A stretch of DNA of 64,000 nt from Bacillota bacterium (lineage in GTDB: Bacteria; Bacillota; SHA-98; UBA4971): assembly GCA_030024085.1 (NCBI GenBank), contig JASEJE010000005.1, positions 8,735 to 72,734 of the forward strand. The letters are read 5' to 3'. Under the pieces are notes generated by a model. That model was not told the origin of the DNA. It did not search any database and was given only the letters and a program-made list of their open reading frames with translations. Shown piece by piece: positions 46,120-55,476 of this stretch. The translations under genes and the position numbers were made by a program. Each line of letters opens with the position of its first letter. Positions within the stretch are counted from its first letter, which is position 1.

Positions 46120-47037
46120 TCAGTCGGCTTCTGACAGGTACCTCTCGCCGCCGTCAGGAAAGATCACGACCACGAGGCGCCCCTCGTTCTCGGGCCGCCC
46201 TGCGACGCGCACGGCGGCCGCAAGCGCCGCGCCCGAGGAGATGCCTGCCAGGATGCCCTCCTCCCTGGCAAGCCTGCCGGCCGTCAGAACGGCGTCAGCG
46301 CTTGACACAGGCACGACCTCATCTATGATGCCGACGTTCAACACGTCAGGCACAAACCCTGCGCCGATGCCCTGGATGCCGTGCCGTCCGGCCGGTCCGC
46401 CCCCGAGCACCCGGGACTCCTCCGGCTCCACCGCAACGACGCGCAGGCAAGGTTTCTTGGCCTTGAGAACTTCGCCCACCCCCGTGATGGTTCCGCCTGT
46501 ACCCACCCCCGCGACCAGCACGTCCACCTTGCCGTCGGTATCCTCCCAGATCTCCCTCGCCGTCGTTCTGCGATGGATGTCAGGGTTTGCGGGATTTGTA
46601 AACTGCTGGGGCATGAACGCCCCAGGCGTTGAACCCGCGATGGCTGCGGCCCGGCGCACCGCCCCGGCCATCCCCTCCCCGGCGGGGGTAAGCACAACCT
46701 CTGCGCCGTAAGCCTCGAGGATCCTGCGCCTCTCGACGCTCATGGATTCAGGCATGGTCACGATGAGGCGCAGGCCGCGCGATGCGCAGAGCATGGCAAG
46801 GGCGATCCCCGTGTTGCCGCTGGTTGGCTCCACGACGACCGACCCTGGTCCAAGCCTGCCATCCTTCTCCGCTGCGAGGAGCATCCCAAGGGCGGTGCGG
46901 TCCTTCACGCTCCCGCCTGGGTTCATGAATTCCAGCTTCGCCGCGATCTGCGCCTGTAGCCCTCCCGCGATCCGACGGATCCTGACAAGGGGTGTCCTCC
47001 CGATGATGTCCTGCACGCTCTCGGCGATTCTTGCCAC
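46120..47037 (-). CDS. cysK: Cysteine synthase / O-acetylserine sulfhydrylase (PLP fold type II)
   Basis: IGRTPLVRI...[15 protein letters not shown] (PLP-Lys), GNTGIALA and GTGGTITG. The ORF-track N-terminal extension to 47163 is unlikely; the GTG start is ~47037-47046. Confidence 0.8.
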   Translation of the reverse strand: MARIAESVQDIIGRTPLVRIRRIAGGLQAQIAAKLEFMNPGGSVKDRTALGMLLAAEKDGRLGPGSVVVEPTSGNTGIALAMLCASRGLRLIVTMPESMSVERRRILEAYGAEVVLTPAGEGMAGAVRRAAAIAGSTPGAFMPQQFTNPANPDIHRRTTAREIWEDTDGKVDVLVAGVGTGGTITGVGEVLKAKKPCLRVVAVEPEESRVLGGGPAGRHGIQGIGAGFVPDVLNVGIIDEVVPVSSADAVLTAGRLAREEGILAGISSGAALAAAVRVAGRPENEGRLVVVIFPDGGERYLSEAD

Positions 47038-47289
47038 GACAATCACTCTCCTCGAACGCTCCTGCTGCCGGTGCGCGCCGCCACCAGCCGCAACATGCGC
47101 GCTCCACTCTCCACGCTGCCTTGCAGGCACGCCCCTGCATCCCAGCGCGCGGTCCTGAAACACTCAGCGGCTGTTCTGCCCGCCGACTCCTTCCGGTCGC
47201 GTTCCGCGTAAGCTCGGCCTGCACTCCGCATGCCCTGTCGGTTCCAAAGCCCGGTCCGGCGTCAACCCCTGGCGCACCGCGTCCTCATG

Positions 47290-47298
47290 TGCTATAAT
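47290..47298 (+). promoter_or_regulatory. Extended -10 promoter element TGCTATAAT upstream of cysE
   Basis: TGnTATAAT match in the divergent cysK/cysE intergenic region, followed by the palindrome AATACTAGGGTATT (47316-47329). Confidence 0.35.
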
Positions 47299-47456
47299 AC
47301 AGCAAACCCAAGTAAAATACTAGGGTATTGTGGGGGTGTGCCGGCGCAACCTGTGGACGGGAAGGCGCGCTGTATGGACTTTGTCCGCGTGTCGAGTGCT
47401 GGCCGCCATGGCAAAGCCGCACGGATTCCTGAATTCATAGTTGGGGGGAGCTTCCC

Positions 47457-48122
47457 ATGTTTGAGCGCATTCGCGAGGACATCAAGGTCGTATTCGAGCG
47501 GGACCCCGCAGCCAAGAACGTGCTCGAGGTCATCCTGTGCTACCCCGGGCTTCATGCTGTCATAGGGTACAGGATCGCCCATTTCTTCTATGAGAAGAAG
47601 ATGTTCGTCATCGCAAGGCTCATCTCACACGTGGTGCGCTTCCTGACCGGGATAGAGATCCACCCTGGAGCGCGCATCGGACACCGCCTTTTCATCGACC
47701 ACGGCATGGGCGTCGTGATCGGCGAGACCACGGAGATCGGCGACGACGTCACCATCTACCAGGGGGTGACCCTCGGCGGCACCGGCAAGGAGAAGGGTAA
47801 GCGCCATCCGACCATTGGGAACCGCGTGGTCATAGCCGCCGGAGCGAAGGTACTGGGGTCATTCGAGGTCGGTGATGAGGCGAAGATCGGCGCCGGAGCC
47901 GTGGTGCTGAGGCCGGTGCCGGCCGGTGCGACCGTGGTGGGCGTGCCGGGCAGGGTCGTCGCCAGGTACGGCAAGCGCGTCCCGGGTATTGACCTCAACC
48001 ACCAGAACCTGCCAGACCCCGTCCAGTCGGCGCTTGAAGCCCTCAGCCACAGGATACAGGAACTCGAGGAGCGGCTGGAGAGCCTGGAGAAGGACTCGGA
48101 GGCCCGCTGTCTAATATCGTAA
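47457..48122 (+). CDS. cysE: Serine O-acetyltransferase
   Basis: SATase N-terminal helical domain and left-handed beta-helix hexapeptide repeats ([40 protein letters not shown]). Confidence 0.85.
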   Translation: MFERIREDIKVVFERDPAAKNVLEVILCYPGLHAVIGYRIAHFFYEKKMFVIARLISHVVRFLTGIEIHPGARIGHRLFIDHGMGVVIGETTEIGDDVTIYQGVTLGGTGKEKGKRHPTIGNRVVIAAGAKVLGSFEVGDEAKIGAGAVVLRPVPAGATVVGVPGRVVARYGKRVPGIDLNHQNLPDPVQSALEALSHRIQELEERLESLEKDSEARCLIS

Positions 48123-48337
48123 GGCAAAAGAGAAACCACAGGCAAATGCAAAGGCGCGCCTTCGCGGCGCTCTCCACGTGGTCGCAGCACGCAGGCCACG
48201 GCGCGGCGCGCTGTCGGTCTTGTCGGCCGCCGCGCTGCCCACGCGGCGGCGCGCGACGGGCCGGCGGCACCGCCTCCGGGGAGGCCCCGAGACGGCTGCC
48301 CGTGGCAACGGCCTCAAGTCCCAGGGAGGGGAGCACG

Positions 48338-48748
48338 ATGAACGAGGTTCTGGGGCGGATCAGGGAGTTCCACGGCCATCTTGGTCCGTACGTAGTTATC
48401 GGTTACAGGATGGGGCTCCTTGCCCTCGAACAGCTCCGCGCGAAGAAGTACTTCGGCATCACGGTCGAGTCATTCGCAGGAGATACACCCCCGGTTTCCT
48501 GCATGAACGACGGGCTGCAGCTCTCAACGGGCTGCACGTTCGGTAAGGGCAACATCAGGAACATCGCGTCCGGCGACCCATGCGCAAGAATCACATCTGG
48601 CGGGAGAGCCGTGGTCGTCAGGCTCAAACTCGCTGTACAGCGGTCCCTCCCCGACGTCCTCAAGCATGAAAACGAGGGGGCCGCTGCGGAGCACATCTTC
48701 GGCCTTGCAGACGAAGAGCTCTTCGACTGGGAGCCGGCGACGGACTGA
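48338..48748 (+). CDS. FmdE-domain (formylmethanofuran dehydrogenase subunit E-like) small protein
   Basis: FHGHLGPYVVIGYRMG resembles the FmdE-family HGH...GYR motif. The start ATG at 48338 follows GGGAGGGGAG. The ORF-track extension to 48146 is unlikely. Confidence 0.5.
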   Translation: MNEVLGRIREFHGHLGPYVVIGYRMGLLALEQLRAKKYFGITVESFAGDTPPVSCMNDGLQLSTGCTFGKGNIRNIASGDPCARITSGGRAVVVRLKLAVQRSLPDVLKHENEGAAAEHIFGLADEELFDWEPATD

Positions 48749-48877
48749 ACGCGCCAGGGTCACATACCGCCAGTCACTCACCCGGCCCGCCACTTTGGAC
48801 CGGATCGGGTCGGGTTTACGGCTCGGCGGACAGAGCAGCGTCTACCCGCGATGAACTCCGCGGAACCAGCCTGACCA

Positions 48878-51838
48878 TTAGCTTTCCTCGTGGCTCCTTC
48901 GGAGCACCTCAACGACGCCCCGCCCCCCGTCGACAACTACGAGATCCCCGGTGTGCAGCCTGGTCGTCGCCCCTTCGACCTGCAGCACCGCTGGAATTCC
49001 GTACTCCCTGGCAACCACAGCGCTATGGGACAGAAGGCCTCCCTCTTCAAGCACGATGGCAGACGCAACGTTGAAAAGGGGCATCCAGCCGGGGTTTGCA
49101 AAGGGCGCCACCAGGACCTCGCTTTTCCGGAGGGTGCCCGCCTCGTCGAGAGATCGGATCACCCTGGCGACGCCGCGAACCACCCCTGCCGAGCAGCCCA
49201 CGCCCGTATACGCCTGATGCGCGCTCTCAGCCTCCGTCACGGGAGCAGGCCTGGTATTCTGGCGGTTGAGGTATACCATGGCGACTGTATCCTCCGTGCT
49301 CCGTGCGCGAGGAGCCAGAGAACGCTTTGTGAGAATGCGAGCAGGCCCCGGCTGGATCACAGGTGGAGGGACGAAGTTCCTGTACGCCACGGGGATGCGG
49401 CGCCTTCTCTTGACCGTCTCAAGTACCTTCCGAAAGTCAGCTGACCCCTCAAGCAAGCCGAGCACTTCATCGCGGGACATCCAGAAGATGTCGTCGTCCA
49501 CGCCGAGCATGCCCCTTGCCGCCCAGCGCCTCCCCTGCTCCTTGAGGAAGCGCCTCGTATGGTACCTGGCGCGGCTGAGATACACGCGGGTTTCCTCGCG
49601 CCACCACGCAAGATGCCTCACCAGTTCGAGCTGCGCGCGGAAGCCGCGAAGCCGGAAGGCGTTGAGCCAGGCGGCCCACCCCGGCGACCGCAGCATACAG
49701 GCGGCGACCTCTTCCTCCTCCCTGCGCACCTGCTCCTGGCGGGCTATCTGCAGCCGCGGGTCCTCCCCGACCTCTCCAGACAAACATGCCTGCAGCATCG
49801 AGAGAGGGAGGGCCACGTCCTCGGACCATCTTGGAACAGCGAGGTCCTCGTCAACCTCCGACATATAGCGGAACTGCGAGATGCACGCGGTGAATTGTCT
49901 CCAGAACTCCCCCAAATCGGGCGGCTCGCCGCCGGTGGTACACGAGCCGTCCCCGGCCTCGGCCTCCCATCTTCTGAACACCTCCGAAAGCTCCCGGGGC
50001 GACAGCCTCTTCAGAGTGTCTGCAACCACGGGCCTTGCCTCGGCAAACCTGGCAAGCTCCCAGAGAGCAGCCAGGGGCCTCGCCGTGGCCATTCGGGAGA
50101 TGCCGGTGAGAAGACGGGCCTCGGATACCGCCCTGCCTGCTTTTTTCGCGTGCCTGTTGAGCTTCTCTACCGTGGCATGAAAGTCGTCCTGGGCCTGCGT
50201 CCCGAGGAGAGAGATCACGAGGGCCCAACGGTTGGCCCGCCAGTGCAGGTCGATGGCGAACTTTGCCCACGACTTGAGGTCCGCGTCGTCAAGCGCTTCC
50301 GGCTTGACCTCGTCCCACTTGCGCTCATTTGCGTCGAACCATGAGATAAAACGTCTAGCCTCCTCGACCGCGAGCCGGTAATGCTTCTTCAGAGCGAAAA
50401 GCGAGGGAAGCGCGCGCAGGACCGTCGCAGGCGTCCATGGGGTCACATCTCCGTCCCCTTCATATGAGGGGACGATCCCGACCGTCCGGTCGAAGGCACG
50501 CTCCCTGAAACCTGGGACCCGCGCCGCCACCCGCTTGGCCGCCCCCACGTTCCAGTAGCCGTGGCCGAAGAACGTCGCTGCCCACCTGGTGCCTGCGTCC
50601 TCCTTACGGTACAGCCTTATGCGCTTGAAGACCTCGTCCATCGCTCGGGCAAAATCGTGGTGGAAAGACATGGACTGGCTCAGATAAGAGGCAAACCCAG
50701 GCATCACCTCCCTGAAGTTCGCCGACGTCCACTCACCGAAATCTGCCGCGAAAGAAAAGGCTGTGAGGGGACGCGCCTGAAGTATGAAGATCTCGCTACC
50801 AGACAGGGCCCACTCGATATCTTGGGGCAGGCCATACCCCTCCTGGATCTTCTCGCCCAGTCGGGCAAGGTGTAGCAGAGCCCCGTCATCGAGCGTGCGC
50901 TTCGTCCGCATCTCGTCAGGCACAGGTGTTGGCCCCGCACCACCGGGCGCCACCATAACCTTCTTGTCGCTCACCCGCACATCCACAACCGCTTCGGCCC
51001 AGGTGTCTACCAGGAATCTGTCAGGCGTGGCGAGGCCCGCCACCAGCGCCTCGCCCAGTCCCCAGGTGGCCTCAACCAGCATCTCGTTCTCCTTGCCAGA
51101 CTGGGGATTGAGGGTAAAGAGGATGCCGCTCACCTCCGCGGGCACCTCGAGCTGCACGACTACGGCCATAGCCTGCTCCAAGTGGCCCCGACCACGCCGT
51201 GTCTCGCGATGCGGCGAGTACCCGCGCGTTCTCTCCCCATTCAGCGATCCCCAACAGGCGAGGACGGCCTCGACCAGGGCATCCCAGTCCTCGACTCCGA
51301 GGACCGTGTCGTACTGTCCCGCATGCGAAGACCCCACCTCATCCTCTACGTTAGCAGAGGATCGTACAGCACAAGACGCAGCCGGATGAAAGCGAAGAAG
51401 CTCCTCGTAGGCCTCGCGGACCGCGCTCCACAGCCTGGACGCCATGTCCCGCTGCGGCCCAGAGTCGGCCCCGCACCCGGCATCCGTGGTCGGCAGCTCC
51501 CCGCCCGCGGCGCTTGAGTCGCCTGGCACGCTCATGGGCGAGAGCAACGCTCTGCTCTCGGGCTCCGCTATCCCCCGCGCATCACAGTGGTCCCCTGCCG
51601 CATGCCGAAGATAGGCTGCGGTCGTGATGACAAACCCTCGGGGCACCGGCAACCCTGCGCGGAGCAGCCTGGCGAGGTTGCGCGCCTTCCCGCCCACGAG
51701 GGCATCATGCTCGGGTCCGATCTCGTCAAGCCTCAAAACGTAGGGATCCACCTGGACGTTTCCTCCATGGCCCTGGTCACTTTCAGGGGATGTACGGGGC
51801 CGGCACCCCGGCGGCGACCATGCTCTCCACCAGGTCAA
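48878..51838 (-). CDS. PEP-utilising enzyme of the PEP-synthase / rifampin-phosphotransferase-like family (N-terminal PPDK-type ATP-grasp, central helical domain, C-terminal phosphohistidine swivel domain)
   Basis: N-terminal LVGGKARNLARLLRAGLPVPRGFVIT (PPDK_N) and C-terminal GGLLSHSAVVAREYGIPAV (mobile His domain). The 986-aa length and domain order match RPH/PpsA-like proteins. Confidence 0.65.
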   Translation of the reverse strand: MTWWRAWSPPGCRPRTSPESDQGHGGNVQVDPYVLRLDEIGPEHDALVGGKARNLARLLRAGLPVPRGFVITTAAYLRHAAGDHCDARGIAEPESRALLSPMSVPGDSSAAGGELPTTDAGCGADSGPQRDMASRLWSAVREAYEELLRFHPAASCAVRSSANVEDEVGSSHAGQYDTVLGVEDWDALVEAVLACWGSLNGERTRGYSPHRETRRGRGHLEQAMAVVVQLEVPAEVSGILFTLNPQSGKENEMLVEATWGLGEALVAGLATPDRFLVDTWAEAVVDVRVSDKKVMVAPGGAGPTPVPDEMRTKRTLDDGALLHLARLGEKIQEGYGLPQDIEWALSGSEIFILQARPLTAFSFAADFGEWTSANFREVMPGFASYLSQSMSFHHDFARAMDEVFKRIRLYRKEDAGTRWAATFFGHGYWNVGAAKRVAARVPGFRERAFDRTVGIVPSYEGDGDVTPWTPATVLRALPSLFALKKHYRLAVEEARRFISWFDANERKWDEVKPEALDDADLKSWAKFAIDLHWRANRWALVISLLGTQAQDDFHATVEKLNRHAKKAGRAVSEARLLTGISRMATARPLAALWELARFAEARPVVADTLKRLSPRELSEVFRRWEAEAGDGSCTTGGEPPDLGEFWRQFTACISQFRYMSEVDEDLAVPRWSEDVALPLSMLQACLSGEVGEDPRLQIARQEQVRREEEEVAACMLRSPGWAAWLNAFRLRGFRAQLELVRHLAWWREETRVYLSRARYHTRRFLKEQGRRWAARGMLGVDDDIFWMSRDEVLGLLEGSADFRKVLETVKRRRRIPVAYRNFVPPPVIQPGPARILTKRSLAPRARSTEDTVAMVYLNRQNTRPAPVTEAESAHQAYTGVGCSAGVVRGVARVIRSLDEAGTLRKSEVLVAPFANPGWMPLFNVASAIVLEEGGLLSHSAVVAREYGIPAVLQVEGATTRLHTGDLVVVDGGRGVVEVLRRSHEES

Positions 51839-53162
51839 GCGCCCGGTCCATCGCGTCGAGCACCTCGTCCACTTCGGCAGGCTGTATTATGAGGGGCGGC
51901 ATTATCTGCATCGCCCTCGGGCGAAAGTCGGAGAACACGGCAATTACACCGTTCTTGCCGAGGGCATAAGTCATCATGGCGCCAAGCCTGTCCTCCGCAA
52001 GCTCGAAGGCCATCATCAGCCCGCGTCGCCTCCAGCCCGCCACGGTCTCCGGGTGTTTCCCCTTCAGCCGAGCGAACCCACCCTCGAAACGCAGGCCCAT
52101 CTCCTCCACGTGGTCCAGGAACCCGGGGCGGCAGATCTCGTCAAGCATCGCCAGGGCGCACACGCACCCCAGGTCCGCGCCGCCGAAAGAGGTCAGGTGC
52201 ACAAACGGGTTCCGCTTGAAGAACTCATCCACGTGCTCCCTGTAGCATGCCGCAGATAAAGGGTAAACGCCGCCGCTCATCCCCTTGCCCAGGACCAGGA
52301 TGTCCGGGACCACGCCCCACTCATCGATGGCCCACAGGCGGCCTGTCCGCCCGAGCCCGGCCTGCACCTCGTCGAGGATGAGTAGAGCGCCCTTGCTATC
52401 GCAGATCTTCCTGACAGCCGGGTAGAAGTCGTCAGGTGGAATGATGATCCCCGCCGTGGCCGGGATAGTCTCGAATGTCACGGCGGCCGTAGTCTCATCG
52501 ACAGCACGCCTTACGGCGTCAATGTCTCCGAAAGGCACCTGGGTGAATCCGGGCATGAGCGGCTCAAAGTGCCTCTTGAAGCGGGCATCCCCTGCTGAAA
52601 GAGCAAATCCCGTGTGACCATGGTAACCGTCAATCGCCGAGACGATTCCCGGGCGGCCCGTGTAACCTCGGGCCAGCTTGATGGCGACATCGCACGCCTC
52701 GCCGCCGCTCGGTGTGAAGAAGCTATACGTGATGTCGCCGGGAGTGAGCTCGGCGAGCCGGGCAGCCAGCCTGGCCCGCTGTTCGCTGAGGAGCATGTGG
52801 TCCCCGATGTCGAGAACATCGAGCGCTTCCTTCAGCGCGTTCACCACGGCGGGCGGCCGGTGCCCAAGGTTGAACACGCCGCCGCTCGACCGGCAGTTGA
52901 TGTACCTCTTGCCGTCGAGGTCCCAGACGTACACCCCTTCGCGCCTGCCAGGAACTGCGTCGAACCCGAGGGCCCGGTACACCGCGACTCTGCCCGGCGA
53001 CACAAAGCTCACGAAATCCTCGATTATCGACGCCTGCGGCCTGGCGCCAATGAGGCCTGTCCCATTGTCATGTGTGCGGCATGGCCCCGAGCGTGCCTGC
53101 TTGTTTTTGCCAGGTCGTCCCACATCGATCCCCCCAGAGAAGCCAGCCTGGCGTAAGCTCAT
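51783..53162 (-). CDS. Class-III (omega/ornithine/GABA-type) PLP-dependent aminotransferase
   Basis: LILDEVQAGLGRTGRLWAIDEWGVVPDILVLGKGMSGG (PLP-Lys region). The true start is probably internal (~53060); the N-terminal 35-45 aa of the ORF look untranslated. Confidence 0.8.
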   Translation of the reverse strand: MSLRQAGFSGGIDVGRPGKNKQARSGPCRTHDNGTGLIGARPQASIIEDFVSFVSPGRVAVYRALGFDAVPGRREGVYVWDLDGKRYINCRSSGGVFNLGHRPPAVVNALKEALDVLDIGDHMLLSEQRARLAARLAELTPGDITYSFFTPSGGEACDVAIKLARGYTGRPGIVSAIDGYHGHTGFALSAGDARFKRHFEPLMPGFTQVPFGDIDAVRRAVDETTAAVTFETIPATAGIIIPPDDFYPAVRKICDSKGALLILDEVQAGLGRTGRLWAIDEWGVVPDILVLGKGMSGGVYPLSAACYREHVDEFFKRNPFVHLTSFGGADLGCVCALAMLDEICRPGFLDHVEEMGLRFEGGFARLKGKHPETVAGWRRRGLMMAFELAEDRLGAMMTYALGKNGVIAVFSDFRPRAMQIMPPLIIQPAEVDEVLDAMDRALDLVESMVAAGVPAPYIP

Positions 53163-53368
53163 GTGTACGCCCGCGAGCTTCCCACTCTACCTCCCCACGC
53201 TCTTCCGCCCCATGACGCCGGCCGCACGGGTACAAGACCCGCCCTTGCCGGTGTAGCAACGGCCCGTCTTGCCCAGCAATTGGCTGTGACATGGCGGCCA
53301 CGGCCGGCAGCCTCGACGTCCTCTACCGACGCGTGCTCCTGCTTCCTGGGACCAATGACCGCCAGTGA

Positions 53369-53803
53369 TCACCTTCTCTCGCGCATCGGTTCGGAACGAC
53401 AAGTGGACACACCCGCAACCCACCTGCCGATGACGATCCCTCCCAGGACACACGGGAGCAGCAAAAGCCCGTCGGCCGCCAATGAGTTTCGGAGCGCAGC
53501 GCGCACAACACCAGCCCTCTCAATCGCCGACGCCGGCAGAGCCACGAGGGAAGGTGCCAGTATCGGAGACAGCACCAGGACAACCGCGACGCACCCTATC
53601 ACCTCGTGAATGCTCATCCGGGCAGGCCCTATAGCCACGCCGCCCAGCACGGGGATGAGCAGGCTCCACGCGGAAGGCACAGGGGTGAAGTCCCCGAGCT
53701 GAAGCACGGCTAGGCATATCGAGCCCATGCCAGCGAGAAGAATGGCGCGCACGGCAACCCCAGCAGCTCTCATGCCGCGCCTCGGTGTCTCCTCACGCAC
53801 CAT
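53369..53803 (-). CDS. Hypothetical small polytopic membrane protein (~4 TM)
   Basis: Hydrophobic segments throughout. It overlaps the upstream hypothetical gene by 11 nt, which suggests an operon. No recognisable motif. Confidence 0.35.
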   Translation of the reverse strand: MVREETPRRGMRAAGVAVRAILLAGMGSICLAVLQLGDFTPVPSAWSLLIPVLGGVAIGPARMSIHEVIGCVAVVLVLSPILAPSLVALPASAIERAGVVRAALRNSLAADGLLLLPCVLGGIVIGRWVAGVSTCRSEPMRERR

Positions 53804-54347
53804 CGCCCACTTTCACCTCCCCCTTCACCGGAACGCGCAGCAACTTCCCCCCTCGCGGGAGCGCGACCTCGAGGACAACGTCACCGGCGAATCGCACGCC
53901 GACGCTTTCGCCGTCCGCCTCTCCCGCCGGACGCGCCTCTTCGACGGCGAGCACGCCTGCAACGAGTTCGCGCGGGGCCTCTTTTGTCACGGTGATACGT
54001 GTCCGAGCGCCAGCACCGGCGCCAGCCACGGGCTCAACCACCATCTCTCCGGGCAGCGTGAAGAAATACCCGAGGTGCCTCCCGTCGCGGTCCAAGGTGA
54101 ATTCAACCCTCTCCACCGTACTCCCGAATCCGACCTTCGGCGACTGCATCACGATAACCGCGCGCAGCACGGTGGTCTCCTTCTCTTGCAGGAGGCTCGC
54201 CGTCTCAAGCGAGGCTCGTATCTCGCGTGTCCAGCTTGCATACTCAAAGTACCGGCGCTCGGTGGCTGCAAAAAGGACAAGAGTCCCGATGAACGCAACC
54301 ACGAGCGTCGCCCAGGACCACACCCCGTGGACTTCCCTAGCGGACAC
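53793..54347 (-). CDS. Hypothetical protein with single N-terminal TM anchor and soluble beta-rich domain
   Basis: WSWATLVVAFIGTLVLFAA TM, then a ~150-aa soluble region. No recognisable motif. Confidence 0.35.
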   Translation of the reverse strand: MSAREVHGVWSWATLVVAFIGTLVLFAATERRYFEYASWTREIRASLETASLLQEKETTVLRAVIVMQSPKVGFGSTVERVEFTLDRDGRHLGYFFTLPGEMVVEPVAGAGAGARTRITVTKEAPRELVAGVLAVEEARPAGEADGESVGVRFAGDVVLEVALPRGGKLLRVPVKGEVKVGDGA

Positions 54348-54462
54348 CAGGTCTCACCTCGCCTTCCCAGGGCCGCGCCTCCGGGCTCCCATGGCCGGGA
54401 CGCGAGTCGCCCGCGCACCGGACATCGCTTTACCCACGCACCGACCCGCCTGGCTCCAGGGT

Positions 54463-55476
54463 CTACAGCTGGTGGCACGCAGCAAAGTGGCCACCTGACA
54501 CCTCTCTCGGAGCCGGGTGGTCCTGCTCCGCGCACGTGCTCTTCGCCACAGGGCACCGCTCGTAGAACCGGCACCTGCGCGGCGGGTTTATTGGCTTGCT
54601 TACGCCTCCCTTGATGGTCGGGACAGGCCTCTTCACGGCCGGGTCAGGAACGGGAACGGCCGATATGAGCGCCCTGGTATAAGGATGAAGCGGCTCCTTG
54701 ATGATCTCTTCAGCCTCGGCCACCTCAACGATCTTGCCAAGGTACATTACGGCAATCCTGTCGCAAAGATACCTCGCGACCGCAAGATCGTGGGTGATAT
54801 AGAGGTAGCTGATTCCCAGATCCTCGCGAAGCTGTGCAAGGAGTTTCATGATGCCCGTGCGAATTGATACATCCAGCATCGACGTGGGCTCGTCCGCCAC
54901 CACGAAGGTGGGATTCATTACGAGGGCCCTCGCGATGGCAACGCGCTGCCGCTGCCCGCCCGATAGCTCATGAGGGAACCGGAACAGGAACGCAGAGGGC
55001 GGAGAGATGCCGACCAGGCTCAGCATCTCGGCCACGCGCTGCTCCCGTTCCTCGAGGTTACCCATGCCATTCACGTTCAGAGGTTCCGCCACTATGTCGA
55101 AGATGGTCATCCTGGGGTCCAGCGACTCGTATGGATCCTGGAAGATCATCTGGATCTTCTTGCGGAACTCCGCCATGTCGGCCCCCTGTATCTTCGAGAC
55201 ATCGGCGTTGTCCACGAAAATGCGCCCGGTCGTCGGGAAAGTGAGGCGCGCGATGAGCCGACCCGTCGTCGTCTTTCCGCAACCCGACTCCCCGACGAGC
55301 CCGAGGACCTCGCCTCGTTTGACCTCGAAGCTCACGTTATCGACGGCGTGCAGGAGCAACTGCCGGCGCTGGAATAAGCCTCGCGACACAGGATAGTACT
55401 TACAGAGATGCTCCACGCGCAGGATGGCGTCGGCTGCATCAGCTGTTGCTGGAAGTGCCAAGCTGATCACCTCCAT
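54463..55476 (-). CDS. Oligopeptide/dipeptide ABC transporter ATP-binding protein (OppF/DppF-like)
   Basis: Walker A GESGCGKTT, signature LSGGQRQR, Walker B VVADEPTSMLD and the C-terminal oligopeptide-ABC-type Cys cluster (CRFYERCPVAKSTC). The start is at MEVISLA. Confidence 0.85.
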   Translation of the reverse strand: MEVISLALPATADAADAILRVEHLCKYYPVSRGLFQRRQLLLHAVDNVSFEVKRGEVLGLVGESGCGKTTTGRLIARLTFPTTGRIFVDNADVSKIQGADMAEFRKKIQMIFQDPYESLDPRMTIFDIVAEPLNVNGMGNLEEREQRVAEMLSLVGISPPSAFLFRFPHELSGGQRQRVAIARALVMNPTFVVADEPTSMLDVSIRTGIMKLLAQLREDLGISYLYITHDLAVARYLCDRIAVMYLGKIVEVAEAEEIIKEPLHPYTRALISAVPVPDPAVKRPVPTIKGGVSKPINPPRRCRFYERCPVAKSTCAEQDHPAPREVSGGHFAACHQL

